DNA of 54,230 bases, taken from Phoronis australis. Taxonomy: Eukaryota; Animalia; Phoronida. The translations under genes were made by a program, and so were the position numbers. Where the stretch lies: the NCBI GenBank assembly GCA_002633005.1, contig NMRA01000517.1, positions 46,577 through 100,806 of the forward strand. The letters are read 5' to 3'. Within the stretch, counting starts at the first letter, position 1. Each line of letters opens with the position of its first letter. The notes below the pieces were generated by a model, which did no database searches, was not told the DNA's origin, and saw only the letters and a program-made list of their open reading frames with translations. Positions 23,566 to 35,801 of this stretch are shown here, one piece after another.

Positions 23566-24030
23566 TGGTTATAACGTCTGCCTCTTACTGTGTCACATTC
23601 ATATCCTGTCTGTGGGTGGTGACTCCGCCACTACTGATTTCTGTAGGAGTTTTGTCTTGGCCTATGATTATGAGACAGTTTGTACTTCTGAAGATGATCT
23701 TGAAGCCTTCGTTCGGAACGATGCACATCCTACCAATTCCGTACAAAGCATGTCTATGAGTTGTTTTTTTTTGTTCTCGGAGGCAGTCAGGACTACATTC
23801 AGCGCAGGAACTTCAGTCCTTTCCTTTCAGCAGGTGAATTCGGCTGGCCTCCTTGTTCCGTGCACTTTTGGTGCTGTACTCGTAATACCGATCAAATACC
23901 AGGTACACAACTATTTGCAACTTCTGTTTGAGATGTTCTCGGAAGTGTTATGACATAGGTGGCCACTGTCCCGCCAACAGGCCAGTGCACAACCCAGAGT
24001 AGAGCTGATCCATTGATGATTGTCACGTTT
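23566..24030 (-). mobile_element. Degenerate PIN/XPG-like nuclease remnant, Academ-type DNA transposon
   Basis: Frameshifted minus-strand translation IINGSALLWVVHWPVGGTV...VYLVFDRYYEYSTKS...KKQLIDMLC...LIIIGQDKTPTEI...TQ*EADVI resembles the DG / FDRY-STK / HEEAD motifs of this nuclease. Confidence 0.6.
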
Positions 24031-24567
24031 CGCTGTGTTGCATGTCCACACTAACTGTATAGGAAAGGACCTTTTGAAGAGTTTGTCCACTTTTAGCCCT
24101 TGATATCAACAATTCTTGAAAAGTGGTTGGTGGTCAACACAAACCAGCATGTACTCTTACCACATACGGCAAAGCAGTTGAAACACACACAACAAATTTA
24201 CTGCAGATTCTGAGTCCCATCTAGACCCTTGTACCAGTTTTTAATGCACGTGACATATGTGTATGTTGTATGCCAACAATACGAGATACCACACTTCATA
24301 AGCATATTTTTCAAGTTTGGTCAAAATTCCCTTAAGAATTTAGTGACTGCACACAGAAGCGCATTTTCGGGCATGCAAAAAGAATGAGTCAAAATTCTAG
24401 AAAAAAAAAAACGAATTGCAAACTGCCACTTATATGTGCTATAGGGTTTCGTAGTATAAGAATACTTTTTAGGTTGGTTGAAAACCACTTAGAACTGTAG
24501 GTATTTGTTTGTAGCTGGGTGCACAAACACACAGACAGGACACCCTACATGGGCGGCGCAGCACTGA

Positions 24568-25965
24568 AAAAAGTGGAGGGGCTAAAGCCCCCTTAGCCCC
24601 CCTGTGGTGCACCGCCTATAGACCATGTGCAGCGTAGCACTGAAAAAAGTCCCAGTCCCCTATGTTGCACCCATTCCCTAGTACCCCTTCACCTTTGGCA
24701 AGCGATCATAAACAGACTTCTCCTTCTTCATAAACACAATTCTCCTTCAGTTCAATATACTAGCCCAAAGACACAGCAAAACATTTAATTATATACAAAT
24801 TGTATTGGCTAAAATTTATAGGCATACATTCCTCATTTATGTAATATTACCAATAATAACAATAAATTAAGTATCATGTAACTAGCATAATGCATTGTAT
24901 GATGAAAACACTGAGTGTGTGGTGTTAACAACACTGAGTGTGTGGTGTTAACAACACTGAGTGTGTGGGGCTAATTTGGTCATTCACAATACACTGCATG
25001 CATTAACAACTTAAAGCGGCATTTCACACTTAGAGTACCCCGATTAACAATAAATTGTCCTCGGCCTTTTCAGAAACTAGATTTTGCAGTCCTGTAGACG
25101 CACCCTGATGACTACATGCTGGTTACAGTCAGTACACACAAGAATTGCCATTGAAAATGTGTCACTTTGACTATGACCCAGCAGTTTAATATTATTTAAT
25201 TCCAAAGGAGGATTACAATCATATGTTGGGCAAACCATTAACTATAAAACTAGACAAAATATTTTTGATCCTTCTACTGCTGTTGTATGATTAAAACCTG
25301 ATTACTAAGATGTGTCTGGCAATAGTCTGATATAACATGGCCGCATTTTGAGAACCAGTTTGATGCCCGTTATTTAGTGGGGAAAACTGGTTCTCAAAAT
25401 TCAGGCACGTTATATCAGACCATTACCGATGTGTCCTGTACTAGCTGAGAACAGTAGAAATAATGTGACAATTTCAAAACGAGGTGTTTCATTCTCTGTG
25501 AAGCACACATGGCTACTTGCTGGTGAGGGAAATAATCAGACATGCACTAGCCTTCACTAGACCTTCACTAGTCTTCACTAGCTGACGAAACACTCAAGAC
25601 ACAGAAGAGACACACACTAAGCCAGAGAAGAGTGAGCCAGGTAAATAACATTGAAGGTATACTGTTAGCATAAGTTTCAGTATTACAATACCCGAATTTG
25701 ACATTAGCATGTCTCGTTAGTGCCAGTACAATAATGCACTAACATTCAAGAATAGGAATAGTGTACTGGTGTCCGATGGTTTCGTAAACAGTCATTGTCA
25801 GACTGTGGCCACCACAAGCTATATCACAGAACACTGCACATTGTCATCTTCCCAGTGGCCACCACAAGCTCTATCACAGAACATTGCACACTGTCATCTT
25901 CCCAGCCAACTATCTGTGTATATGTCTCTGTATCAACATCTTTAGACTACGATTGGGCATCAAGN
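24568..25965. repeat. Near-identical duplicate of 26034-27438 (WDSUB1 3' end and UTR), probably an uncollapsed haplotype
   Basis: Colinear copy with scattered SNPs and a ~32-bp indel, ending exactly at the N at 25966. Confidence 0.85.
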
Positions 25966-25966
25966 G

Positions 25967-26038
25967 GACGCCGCCCGGACGGACGGACAGAGATGACGGC
26001 ATAATGCGTCCACATATAAATATGTGGGCGCATAAAAA
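25967..26038 (-). mobile_element. 5' end of a HINE copy truncated by the assembly gap
   Basis: Near-exact reverse complement of the 8017 HINE head (atgcgcccacatatttatatgtggacgcattatgccgtcatctc). Confidence 0.85.
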
Positions 26039-27383
26039 GTGGAGGGGCTAAAGCCCCCTTAGCCCCCCTATGGTGCACCGCCTACAGACCATGTGCGGCG
26101 AAGCACTGAAAAAAGTCCCAGTCCCGTATGGTGCACCCATTCCCTAGTACCCCTTCACCTTTGGCAAGCGATCACAAACAGACTTCTCCTTCTTCATAAA
26201 CACAATTCTCCTTCAGTTCAATATACTCGCCCAAAGACACAGCAAAACATTTAATTATATACAAATTGTATTGGCTAAAATTTATAGGCATACATTCCTC
26301 ATTTATGTAATATTACCAATAATAACAATAAATTAAGTATCATGCAACTGGCATAATGTATTGTATGATGAAAACACTGAGTGTGTGGTGCTAACAACAC
26401 TGAGTGTGTGGCGCTAATTTGGTCATTCACAATACACTGCACGCATTAACAACTTAAAGCGGCATTTTACACTTAGAGTACCCCGATTAACAATAAATTG
26501 TCCTTGGCCTTTTCAGAAACTAGATTTTGCAGTCCTGTAGACGCATGCTGATATCTTTGAAACACTCTAACTGCACCTTGATGACTACATGCTGGTTACA
26601 GTCAGTACACACAAGGATTGTCATTGAAAATGTGTCACTTTGACGATGACCCAGCAGTTTAAGATTACTATAATTCCAAAGGAGGATTACAATCATATGT
26701 TGGGCAAACCATTAATTATAAAACTAGACAAAATATTTTTGATCCTTCTACTGCTGTTGTATGACTAAAACCTGATTACTAAGATGTGTCTGGCAATAGT
26801 CTGATATAACATGGCCGCATTTTGAGAACCAGTTTGATGCCCGTTATTTAGTGGGGAAAACTGGTTCTCAAAACTCGGGCGCGTTATATCAGACCATTAC
26901 CGATGTGTCCTGTACTAGCTGAGAACAGTAGAAATAATGTGACAATTTCAAAACGAGGTGTTTCATTCTCTGTGAAGCACACATGGCTACTTGCTGGTGA
27001 GGGAAATAATCAGACATGCACTAGCCTTCACTAGACCTTCACTAGTCTTCACTAGCTGACGAAACACTCAAGACACAGAAGAGACACACACTAAGCCAGA
27101 GAAGAGTGAGCCAGGTAAATAACATTGAAAGTATACTGTTAGCACAAGTTTCAGTATTACAATACCCGAATTTGACATTAGCATGTCTCGTTAGTGCCAG
27201 TACAATAATGCACTAACATACAAGAATAGGAATAGTGTACTGGTGTCCGATGGTTTTGTAAACAGTCACTGTCAGACTGTGGCCACCACAAGCTATATCA
27301 CAGAACACTGCACATTGTCATCTTCCCAGTGGCCACCACAAGCTCTATCACAGAACATTGCACACTGTCATCTTCCCAGCCAA

Positions 27384-27610
27384 CTATCTGTGTATATGTC
27401 TCTGTATCAACATCTTTAGACTACGATTGGGCATCAAGCTTGTATTAGCCATCACTGCATTAGTCATAGGACTACATGTCTTGCCACTGTTCAGCCAGGC
27501 AGTAATGGCCGACCTCTCGTAAGTGTAACCATCCGCAGCCAAGACGGGCTCCTTCATCAGCTCCCGCGTGATTGGACAGAGGTACTCATCGGGCGTGTCC
27601 TGTTCAGAGT
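27384..27610 (-). CDS. WDSUB1: WDSUB1 terminal coding exon (U-box)
   Basis: SEQDTPDEYLCPITRELM...PNRSLKMLIQRHIHR*. Confidence 0.95.
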
Positions 27611-30600
27611 CTACAACATGAGAGACGACTATTACAGTAACACACTCAGTGAATTAAGTGATCGGAATAGTTGTAAGTATATGACAGGCAACACAGTAAC
27701 AGTTTGACAAATATTACCAAAGCTACCACAGCAGCGTTCATTAATGCCCAAGGTATTCAACCATGAACCCAAGTTGTTCAACCTTTAACCCAAGGTATTC
27801 AATCAATAACCCAAGGTATTCAACCAATGACAAGACTGGAGGGATCAATGGCCCTACCTGGCACTTTCGTCTTTGTTGAAGGTTGAGTTTCAGCATGTTG
27901 GATGGCACGGAGTATCTTGTTACGATGACCAAGAGCCTCTGTAACATAATGGCACATAAATCAGTTACAACCACCAAGATAAAACCACTCACTAATTTAT
28001 TTCAAACAAATGTACTGGTCAGGAGCTTTAAGGTGTAAAAATGGTCGAATGGTTGGAGACCAAGTGCACACTATATACAGAAATACTGCAGCCAAAGAAA
28101 CAGAGCACTGTGTGCTGGAATGGTACGACTTTAAAAGTTGGAGACTGAGTGGACACTATATATTCATGACTAGTTGGCCAAATGAGACCACTGTATTCTT
28201 TACACTGTTTTCATCAACTTTATTGAAATTAAAATTTTAATTCATTTGGTATTTGACAGAGATGTTTATGGTTTGTACTATATATTTGGTTCAGGTGTCA
28301 TTTTTCAAGGTGTTTTCCAATCACTGATGACACAGAATTTGAGACATGACTGGTAATATATTGAGGAGATGAGTTAACTAACATCAGTAATGCTGATGTA
28401 TTTAGTATGCTAAGTACCATAAACTTAAAATGATAATGGATGATATCTTCTCTAGTTAAGATAGGGAAATTTAAAGTAGTTCTGCAGTATTTCATGGTGT
28501 GTCATCAACTATGAATGAGAAGTCTTAGTTTCAAACATCTACAAACACTAAAAAATTTATGAACTATTGAACAGTTAGTGCAGCTTGATAGATTAACTCA
28601 CAAGGAATTAAACATAATCAACTACATACACACTGGTCATGTGATCATGGCATCTTCAATCCAGCACTGACACAGAATCCTTTACAAAAATGGATAAAAT
28701 TTTCAGTTTACGTTTCCTTAAAAAGGTATTTCCTTTTCTATAACTTCAGATACCAGTAATTAACATTTTTCTAATAAACGACCAGAACTTATTTCCAGGC
28801 TGCCAGCCAGTTCGCAACATAATCTGTAATTTTCAGGCTTATATTAATTTTTTATTTCCCAAGTTAAAAAAATACGATTTCCAATATTTTTCTGAAAGTT
28901 TTAAATTTACATCTAAAGATGGCATGACTGACCTATAGCTAAATTTCTCTCCAGAGTCTCGTGAGTAAGGGTTAGTAACTCTGTTCCGTCTACAGCGTTC
29001 CTCTTGAACACATCTTCATACTGAGCAAGACCTGCAAAACAACCAGTGAGAACCATACAGACAGTTTCTAAACTAAAACTATTTCTGAGAATCGGAAAAT
29101 GATCTATGTAAATTTATCAAAAAATTACCATCAAGTATTTTCTCAGCTTTGTTCTTCCTCTTCACTGTCTTGGCCTGTTTCTCAGCCCACACAAATACAC
29201 CAGAATCTTCGACTATGCCCTGACTTTTCAACAACAGTTGATTTTGGCTTTTATTTACATTCGTCTAACATGAACGTCATGACAAAAAATTGAAAACCTC
29301 TGTCATTACCAAATTCTCGCTGAGTGCTTAAAAATCAAATCAATTCAAAAAGATGTTTTCTGTCACTGAAAAGAAAACGACTACTTCATGGAGAATCACT
29401 CTATTGTTGGTAAGATAATGTCATTTAGGTGAACAGAATGTCTATTGGCCTTGTGAGGATGTAAGCCAGATATCCGACATGTTTGATATTACCTTTTTCT
29501 TGCTAAAATACTCATCTGAGACACTAACGAGTTGAGTGCTCAGTACTCATTCAACCAATAAAAACAAACCATTACCAATGCAATATCCCCAAAGGAAACT
29601 CGCCAGTGAGGTCCATTTGGAAGTGAAAATGCAGGCAAAGGTTCATGACCACATAACAGCCAATAGCTTCAGTAACTCTCTCCTTCTTGCAGAGCACTCT
29701 CACTACAGGTGTAAACACTCAATGTGCAAGTCCAGCTGATCCGCTCCAAACTCCAGTGTGCACTATTGCTTACAGTAAACCTATATACCTCAACAACCCT
29801 TCAATGCACATCATGGCTTGCAGTAAACCTATACGTCTCAACAGCCCCCCTCCAATGTGTGTCATGGCTTACAGTGTACCCAGTATGTCTCAACAACTCT
29901 CTATGGTCATTAAACTACCCAGCTCTGTGATCCACAGCCCTCTATGGTCATTAACCTACCCAGCTCTGTGATCCACAGCCCTCTATGGTCATTAACCTAC
30001 CCAGCTCTGTGATCCACTTGGCAACCTCTTCAACAGTCCAAGCACTGACTTTCTTGTTAACAGTAACTTGTACGTCATCCACAGTGACCAGGTCAGCTAC
30101 AGTTACTTGACCTATCAACACATTCACGATACATAGTTAAGTGGACCATTATCCACCGAGATGAATTAAAAGTAATGTAATACACCAAGTTGAATATTAA
30201 AATGACACATCAGTGGACTCGATAAAAATGACAAAATTTGGCAAATGTCAGGACATCATCCACCACAAATGGCTAAGCAAAGTTTAACAACCTTCAAACA
30301 CAATAATTATGCACTGTTTTCTAAGACATTGTTCAGAATTACTTGTTTTTAAAACGCTTCTTCCACAAGAAGTGCTATAAAAATTGGACTTCTTGAAATT
30401 TTATACAAAAAGGCCACATAGAATGACAAGAAATGTATTTGAGATTCCACCTTGAATACTGGCGTCATCTTGTTAGTAATGTTGTGTCATGAATGTGCCT
30501 TTCACTTACACTACCCTACATATAATTGTAGACTGGTACAAAATTAAGATTTAAAGTCCCTACAAAGATATTGAAGGGCGATAACAACTTAACACACATA

Positions 30601-33600
30601 ACAACTTTACACAAAAACAATCTGAGGGGAGACAACTACATTACACAATTTTAATGCCCATGGAAAGATAATAAACGCCAATGTTGGCTGCACTAAATGA
30701 TTTGCTGATCTGCAACAGACCACAATGTGACGAACACATGGCAGGTTGTGTGAAAATTAATTGACTAGAATACGAAAAATTACAACAGAAACGTAACTAA
30801 TAAAATAGGAATTAATAGCAGTGATTTATTTAGTGAGGAAAGAATACTGAAGAAATTCAGGACCTTGCTATAAATCATTGCTAGCAGGTTTGTCTGTAAA
30901 TTCTTTCTTAGACAAGGTCAAGTGTCAGAGTAAAAGGGGATGTAAGACAAGCATAGATTACACAGCTAAGAAAGAGTTCAGTCTTACTATTTAAGTTATC
31001 CTCACTTGTTATCTCCCAAATCATGACAGTCTTGTCAAGAGACCCTGAAGCCAGGAGGGTGGAGTCAGCTGAGAACGCACAGCATGTGATGTAGCCCTTG
31101 TGGCCAATCACAGTATGAAGACACTCCCCCTTAACCTGTTGATTGACAGCGCAATTCAGTGAATCAATAGAACTGGTTGTAAAAATGGGTACACTTGACT
31201 GACTTCGGTGGTTCGGTTGGGTCAATCAGCTAAGACATTTGATTGATTCGTAATGATGACTTCCTGTTCATAGAATCAAACTTCTTCGGTGGTTGAGCAG
31301 GCGAAACAAGCAAAGTCAACCAAATGCACAATATCTAGTTTTTGATCATCAAAAGAGGGTGCGCATGGTGGTGAATCAGAACAGTAATTCATAAAATGAG
31401 CAGTACAAATAACAAGTAATATGTTGTCTTCATAGCAGCTGCTCTTTCAACCTAGTTTCTAGTTCTCAACATGCTCCCGAGTTCCAAGGTCAGTTTTGTT
31501 CTCTTGTTTTAAACATTATTTTAACATTTGACTTGCGACTAGCCGCAGCGGAGCCAATTTTGAAACTTAACACAAAAACAATGTAGAAGACTTACTGGGT
31601 CCCAGATCCTGACAGCTTTGTCCAATGAACTGAAATAAAGTTATTCATAACTTTAAAAAATTTAGAACATCATGGGACCTCAAACAACTTAAGTTTGAGC
31701 TGCACGTCACCAGCTGGCCACATGACCTAATGAATATAAGGCTGTAACGATTTCTGCCTCGACCAGGTCTTGAACCTGGGGCCTTCTACTCACCTTGCAG
31801 ATGCTCTAGTCCACTGAACAATCAGGGCCATCAGTCAAACACACAAATCCAATCAGACCAATAGTGGACATCAGTCAAACACACAAATCCAACCAGACCA
31901 ATAGTGGACATCAGTCAAACACACAAATCCAACCAGACCAATAGTGGACATCAGTCAAACACACAAATCCAATCAGACCAATAGTGGACATCAGTCAAAC
32001 ACACAAATCCAACCAGACCAATAGTGGACATCAGTCAAACACACAAATCCAACCAGACCAATAGTGGACATCCTGACCTTGAACTCCTCAGTGTATATGG
32101 ATAACTATGTAAATCTTAAACTGAAGTAGATACGATGTCACCAAAAAACACAGCTTGTTTTTTATTAAAACTGATGTTCATTTGAATGTGTAGTTTAAAA
32201 GGCAAACCCTGTTAATTACCTGGAGGCCAAGAGATGTCCATTGTTGGAAAAGACACAGGACATTACATCTGCCGAATGACCAAGCAAAGTGTCGCTCAGT
32301 TTGATTGACACCTCTGAAGCAGAAAACAAATTCAGTCAGCGAAAAGAGGTACTTAAACAAAGCAACACAGTGCTAGTCTTATATAGCAGACGACATCAAC
32401 AGTGTCGCAGACATGTCTATGGTGGATAAAACTCAAGATATATTTGGGACACTAGTTGTTTGGGGGTACATGGCATGAAACCAACATGACCATGGCAATA
32501 CTTTGAAGAAATGCATCAAAACTTGGCGGGAGAATGATGCGGCAGTGGTGCACGAACAGTGTAAGTGTACCCTTCACCCATTACAGTGGTGCATGAACAG
32601 TGTAAGTGTACCCCTTCATCTAAGACAGTGGTGCATGAACAGTGTAAGTGTACCCCTTCACTCACAGCAGTGGAGCATGAACAGCGTAAGTGTACACATT
32701 CACTCACAACTGTAATGCATGAAGAGTACCCTTTCACTCACCTCCAGTTTCAAACTCTAATTTTCCGATCCCCTCCCTAGGATGCCATTCATTTTGCACA
32801 TTACATATGTCAGTGTTCTGGTACATTACATGAGTCAGTGTTCTGGTACATTACATGTGTCAGTGTTCTGGTACATTACATGAGTCAGTGTTCTGGTACA
32901 TTACATGAGTCAGTGTTCTGGTACATTACATGTGTCAGTGTTCTGGTACATTACATGAGTCAGTGTTCTGGTACATTACATGTCGCAGTGTTCTGGTACA
33001 TTATATGTGTCAGTGTTCTGGTACATTACATGAGTCAGTGTTCTGGTACATTACATGAGTCAGTGTTCTGGTACATTACAAGTGTCATAGTGTTTTGTTA
33101 TATTACATGAACATGTTTTGTTTTATGATTTTATTGGGTAACTAGAAATTTTATATTCTTCCACACATCGAGATCCATGATGCTAAATAATTCATGTTTG
33201 TCAAGCTAACCATAATTCCATATTAGACAACAAGCTAACCATAATTCTATATCAGACATGTGATTGCATAAGATGATGGCAAATGCTGCATTGCAGTCGT
33301 CTTGTAATACAATGTTAACTCCTACAATTTCTTCACACTACAATACAATGTTAACTCGTACAATCTCCTCACACTACAATGTCAATGGTCGTTGTTTCAT
33401 ACCTGATGATCCAGGGAGGGCTTTGAAGCTCCACATCTTGACTGCATGGTCGTTACCTCCTGTAGCTAACAAGAAGTGGACAGTGGGAACGGCTGCGTCA
33501 ATGGTACCTTATAGAAATAACAGGTGATTAAGACATGTCACATATTCAGAGCCCGAGTGAAGGGTCAACAAAGAGAACGTCTGCATCAATGGTACCTTAT

Positions 33601-35801
33601 AGAAGTAACAGTATTTTGCTGGCAGCTGACAGTTGAATGACTCAGAGTATATATAGGTTACCTGCATGGCAACCCTCTGTTTTTATTCCTTGCAAAAATA
33701 TAGATCACAAACTAGACACATCCTGTCAAACAAATCTGCCCACATACACCCAGCCCAACAATCTGTTGCACTGACAAACCTGCTAGGGCATTACTACCTT
33801 TCAGTCCCTAGTAACCGCCAACAGGGGCACTCCTATAGGGAAGTGCTCCATTGTAGGGTTGAAAAATGCATCATTATTGGATGGACTTTTTTGGCCAGAG
33901 CTATAGAACAACAAAATCAATTGTTTTTGATGCTCTCATAAACTGCCAGTTCTTACAATGGGATGTCAGTTTATTAAAATCAAGGCTGGTAAAGTTATCA
34001 CTTGAAATAACCTGCCATTTAATGACTAGGATTTAGCACCCTCAGCAAAGCACTGGATTGTGACAGTTGAAGTTGTCAATTTGATTGCACCTTGGGGCTG
34101 ATCTCAGATTCCACCTTGGGGCTGATCTCAGATTGCACCGTGGGGCTGATCTCAGAAAACCACTTATCCCACCAATAATGTCACTTTAAGTGCCTTGTAC
34201 TGTACCCTAAGAATGGCAAAGTGACCAGGGCCCTTGTACTGTACACTATTACTGGTTCCAAATAAAGTGACCAGGCCCCTTGTACTGTACACTATGACTG
34301 GTTCCAAATAAAGTGACCAGGGCCCTTGTACTGTACACTAAGACTGGTTCCAAATAAAGTGACCAGGGCTCCTGTACAGTACACTATGACTGGTTCCAAA
34401 TAAAGTGACCAGGGCTCTTGTATTGTACACTATGACTGGTTCCAAATAAAGTGACCAGTGCCCTTGTACTGTACACTAAGATTGGTTCCAAATAAAGTGA
34501 CCAGGGTCCTTGATAACTTGATCCTCTCAAAAATCAAACTCAATTCCTCTCAGGAATACCAAAAATTCTCTACTAATGCTAAAAGATTCCCTGCAAGGTT
34601 AGAATCAAATTCACCACACAAGCACAGAGCATCAGAAGGTATTATAACTGGAGAAGTAAACACTTTTCAGGCATGTGTAACAGCCTTGATGTAGAGAGCA
34701 GGAGGCATCAGTTCATTGCAAGCCCAGACATGATCACATAATATTGAGCAAGAGAAACAGTCATGGAGACCTAGTCCACTACTTGACACACCTGCAACTG
34801 AGGATCTTCCATGTAAAACCAAAGGGCAGAAAGAATGGAGTTGTCTTGACATCTAACTCTTCACCTATCCAAAAAAGTTCAGAATCAGGAAAATTAATAA
34901 TGAATTTAGTTTAAAAAATATTAGGAAAAAAATAAAGTTGCTCACCCGCTGAACCAAACGTTGGTGAAAATGCACAACACGTGACCCCCAGGTCATGGGC
35001 AGCTGTGACGAGCGTCAACATCTTTCCATGACCATATATGGCATCCCATGCAAAGAGATCACCGGCGGTACAGCCACTTATTAAATACTGACTGTCAGGG
35101 GAGAAAGTCACACAAGGCACCATCGACTCGTGACCTTTGAGTACCCTGAAAGACATTGCAATTAGTACATGATTTTGACAATTTCTGTTCACTAAACTTA
35201 AACAATATTTTAGTGGCTTATTCACAGAGGCTAGGATGTCAAAATGGTAAAAAAACAGAGCTCGGAAATAATTGTCAATAAGGGATACAATAACTCGTTA
35301 CACGTGATATCTTTGATTCATGTGATATCTTTGATACACGTGATAACTTTGATTCAATGTGAAGCATTACTCAACTCAACCAGTCAAAACCAACCTCACA
35401 AGCTTCTTGGATGCTACATCCCAAAGGCACACAGTTTCGTCATCACCACCCGTTGCCAGCATTGAAGAATTTGGCGAAAATTGACAAGTGCGCACTGCAA
35501 CCTCTCCAGGGTGCTGTAAAACTGCAGTTTTCTCCCCTGTCCTACAGTTCCACAGTATGATTTTTCCATCTGTTGAGCATGATGCTAGCAGAGATCCAAA
35601 TGGTGAGAACTCACAACAGTTCACGTAGTACGTGTGCGCACACAGTGGTGAATTAGGATGTTCTGTATAATCAACAAGGTTCCATAAACGCACAGTTTTA
35701 TCACCAGAGCATGTGGCTAATGTTTTATCACTAAAACACACATGATTGACATCCAGTTTATGGGACTTGATCACATGAACAAGATTGGCCACCAAACTCA
35801 T
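27384..35801 (-). CDS. WDSUB1: WD repeat, SAM and U-box domain-containing protein 1; 10 coding exons, 1506 nt, 501 aa
   Basis: WD40 repeats (LATCSGDKTVRLW, ASCSTDGKIILWN, AHDLGVTCCAFS, LASGSLDKTVMIW), SAM (WTVEEVAKWI...VDGTELL...LGHRNKILRAI) and U-box (PDEYLCPITRELMKEPVLAADGYTYERSAI...SPMTN...PNRSLK); all junctions GT-AG and phase-consistent. Confidence 0.96.
27858..27938 (-). CDS. WDSUB1: WDSUB1 coding exon 9
   Basis: ALGHRNKILRAIQHAETQPSTKTKVP; GTAGG donor. Confidence 0.9.
28933..29031 (-). CDS. WDSUB1: WDSUB1 coding exon 8
   Basis: LAQYEDVFKRNAVDGTELLTLTHETLERNLAI; GTCAGT donor. Confidence 0.92.
29899..30016. repeat. 41-bp tandem triplication spanning the WDSUB1 exon 7 donor
   Basis: ctctatggtcattaa(a/c)ctacccagctctgtgatccac x3. 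Confidence 0.9.
30001..30111 (-). CDS. WDSUB1: WDSUB1 coding exon 7
   Basis: QVTVADL...KKVSAWTVEEVAKWITEL (start of SAM); GTAGGT donor. Confidence 0.88.
30988..31135 (-). CDS. WDSUB1: WDSUB1 coding exon 6
   Basis: VKGECLHTVIGHKGYITCCAFSADSTLLASGSLDKTVMIWEI; GTAAG donor. Confidence 0.9.
31596..31629 (-). CDS. WDSUB1: WDSUB1 coding exon 5 (34 nt)
   Basis: SLDKAVRIWDP; ttcAG acceptor, GTAAGT donor; completes a WD repeat in phase. Confidence 0.88.
31700..31829 (-). mobile_element. tRNA-derived SINE head
   Basis: Minus strand ggccctgattgttcagtggactagagca...ccaggttcaagacctgg has A-box-like and B-box (GGTTCAAGACC) motifs but a degenerate cloverleaf. Confidence 0.6.
31829..32072. repeat. 40-bp tandem repeat catcagtcaaacacacaaatccaa(t/c)cagaccaatagtgga x6
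   Basis: Direct copies. Confidence 0.92.
32220..32313 (-). CDS. WDSUB1: WDSUB1 coding exon 4
   Basis: VSIKLSDTLLGHSADVMSCVFSNNGHLLAS; GTAAT donor. Confidence 0.9.
32540..32740. repeat. ~41-bp tandem repeat (cagtggtgcatgaacagtgtaagtgtaccc...) x4-5
   Basis: Diverged direct copies. Confidence 0.85.
32798..33108. repeat. 25-bp tandem repeat cagtgttctggtacattacatg(a/t)gt, ~12 copies
   Basis: Direct copies. Confidence 0.92.
33403..33507 (-). CDS. WDSUB1: WDSUB1 coding exon 3
   Basis: TIDAAVPTVHFLLATGGNDHAVKMWSFKALPGSS; GTATG donor. Confidence 0.88.
34083..34156. repeat. 24-bp tandem repeat gattgcaccttggggctgatctca x3
   Basis: Direct copies. Confidence 0.85.
34192..34507. repeat. 46-bp tandem repeat ccttgtactgtacactatgactggttccaaataaagtgaccagggc, ~6.5 copies
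   Basis: Direct copies. Confidence 0.92.
34946..35145 (-). CDS. WDSUB1: WDSUB1 coding exon 2
   Basis: VLKGHESMVPCVTFSPD...AHDLGVTCCAFSPTFGSA; GTGAG donor. Confidence 0.93.
35395..35801 (-). CDS. WDSUB1: WDSUB1 coding exon 1
   Basis: MSLVANLVHVIKSHKLDVN...WDVASKKLV; acceptor at 35816-35817, GTTGGT donor. Confidence 0.93.

Noticed and set aside
23531-23953. 140-aa plus-strand ORF
   Set aside because: Antisense to the degenerate transposon nuclease remnant.
25910-25965. Second WDSUB1 paralog
   Set aside because: Only the last codons and UTR, ending at an assembly N; best explained as a haplotype duplicate.
31752-31829. tRNA gene
   Set aside because: A/B boxes are present but the stems and anticodon arm are degenerate; more consistent with a SINE head.
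32503-33110. Repetitive Cys/His-rich ORFs
   Set aside because: Translations of 41-bp and 25-bp intronic tandem repeats.
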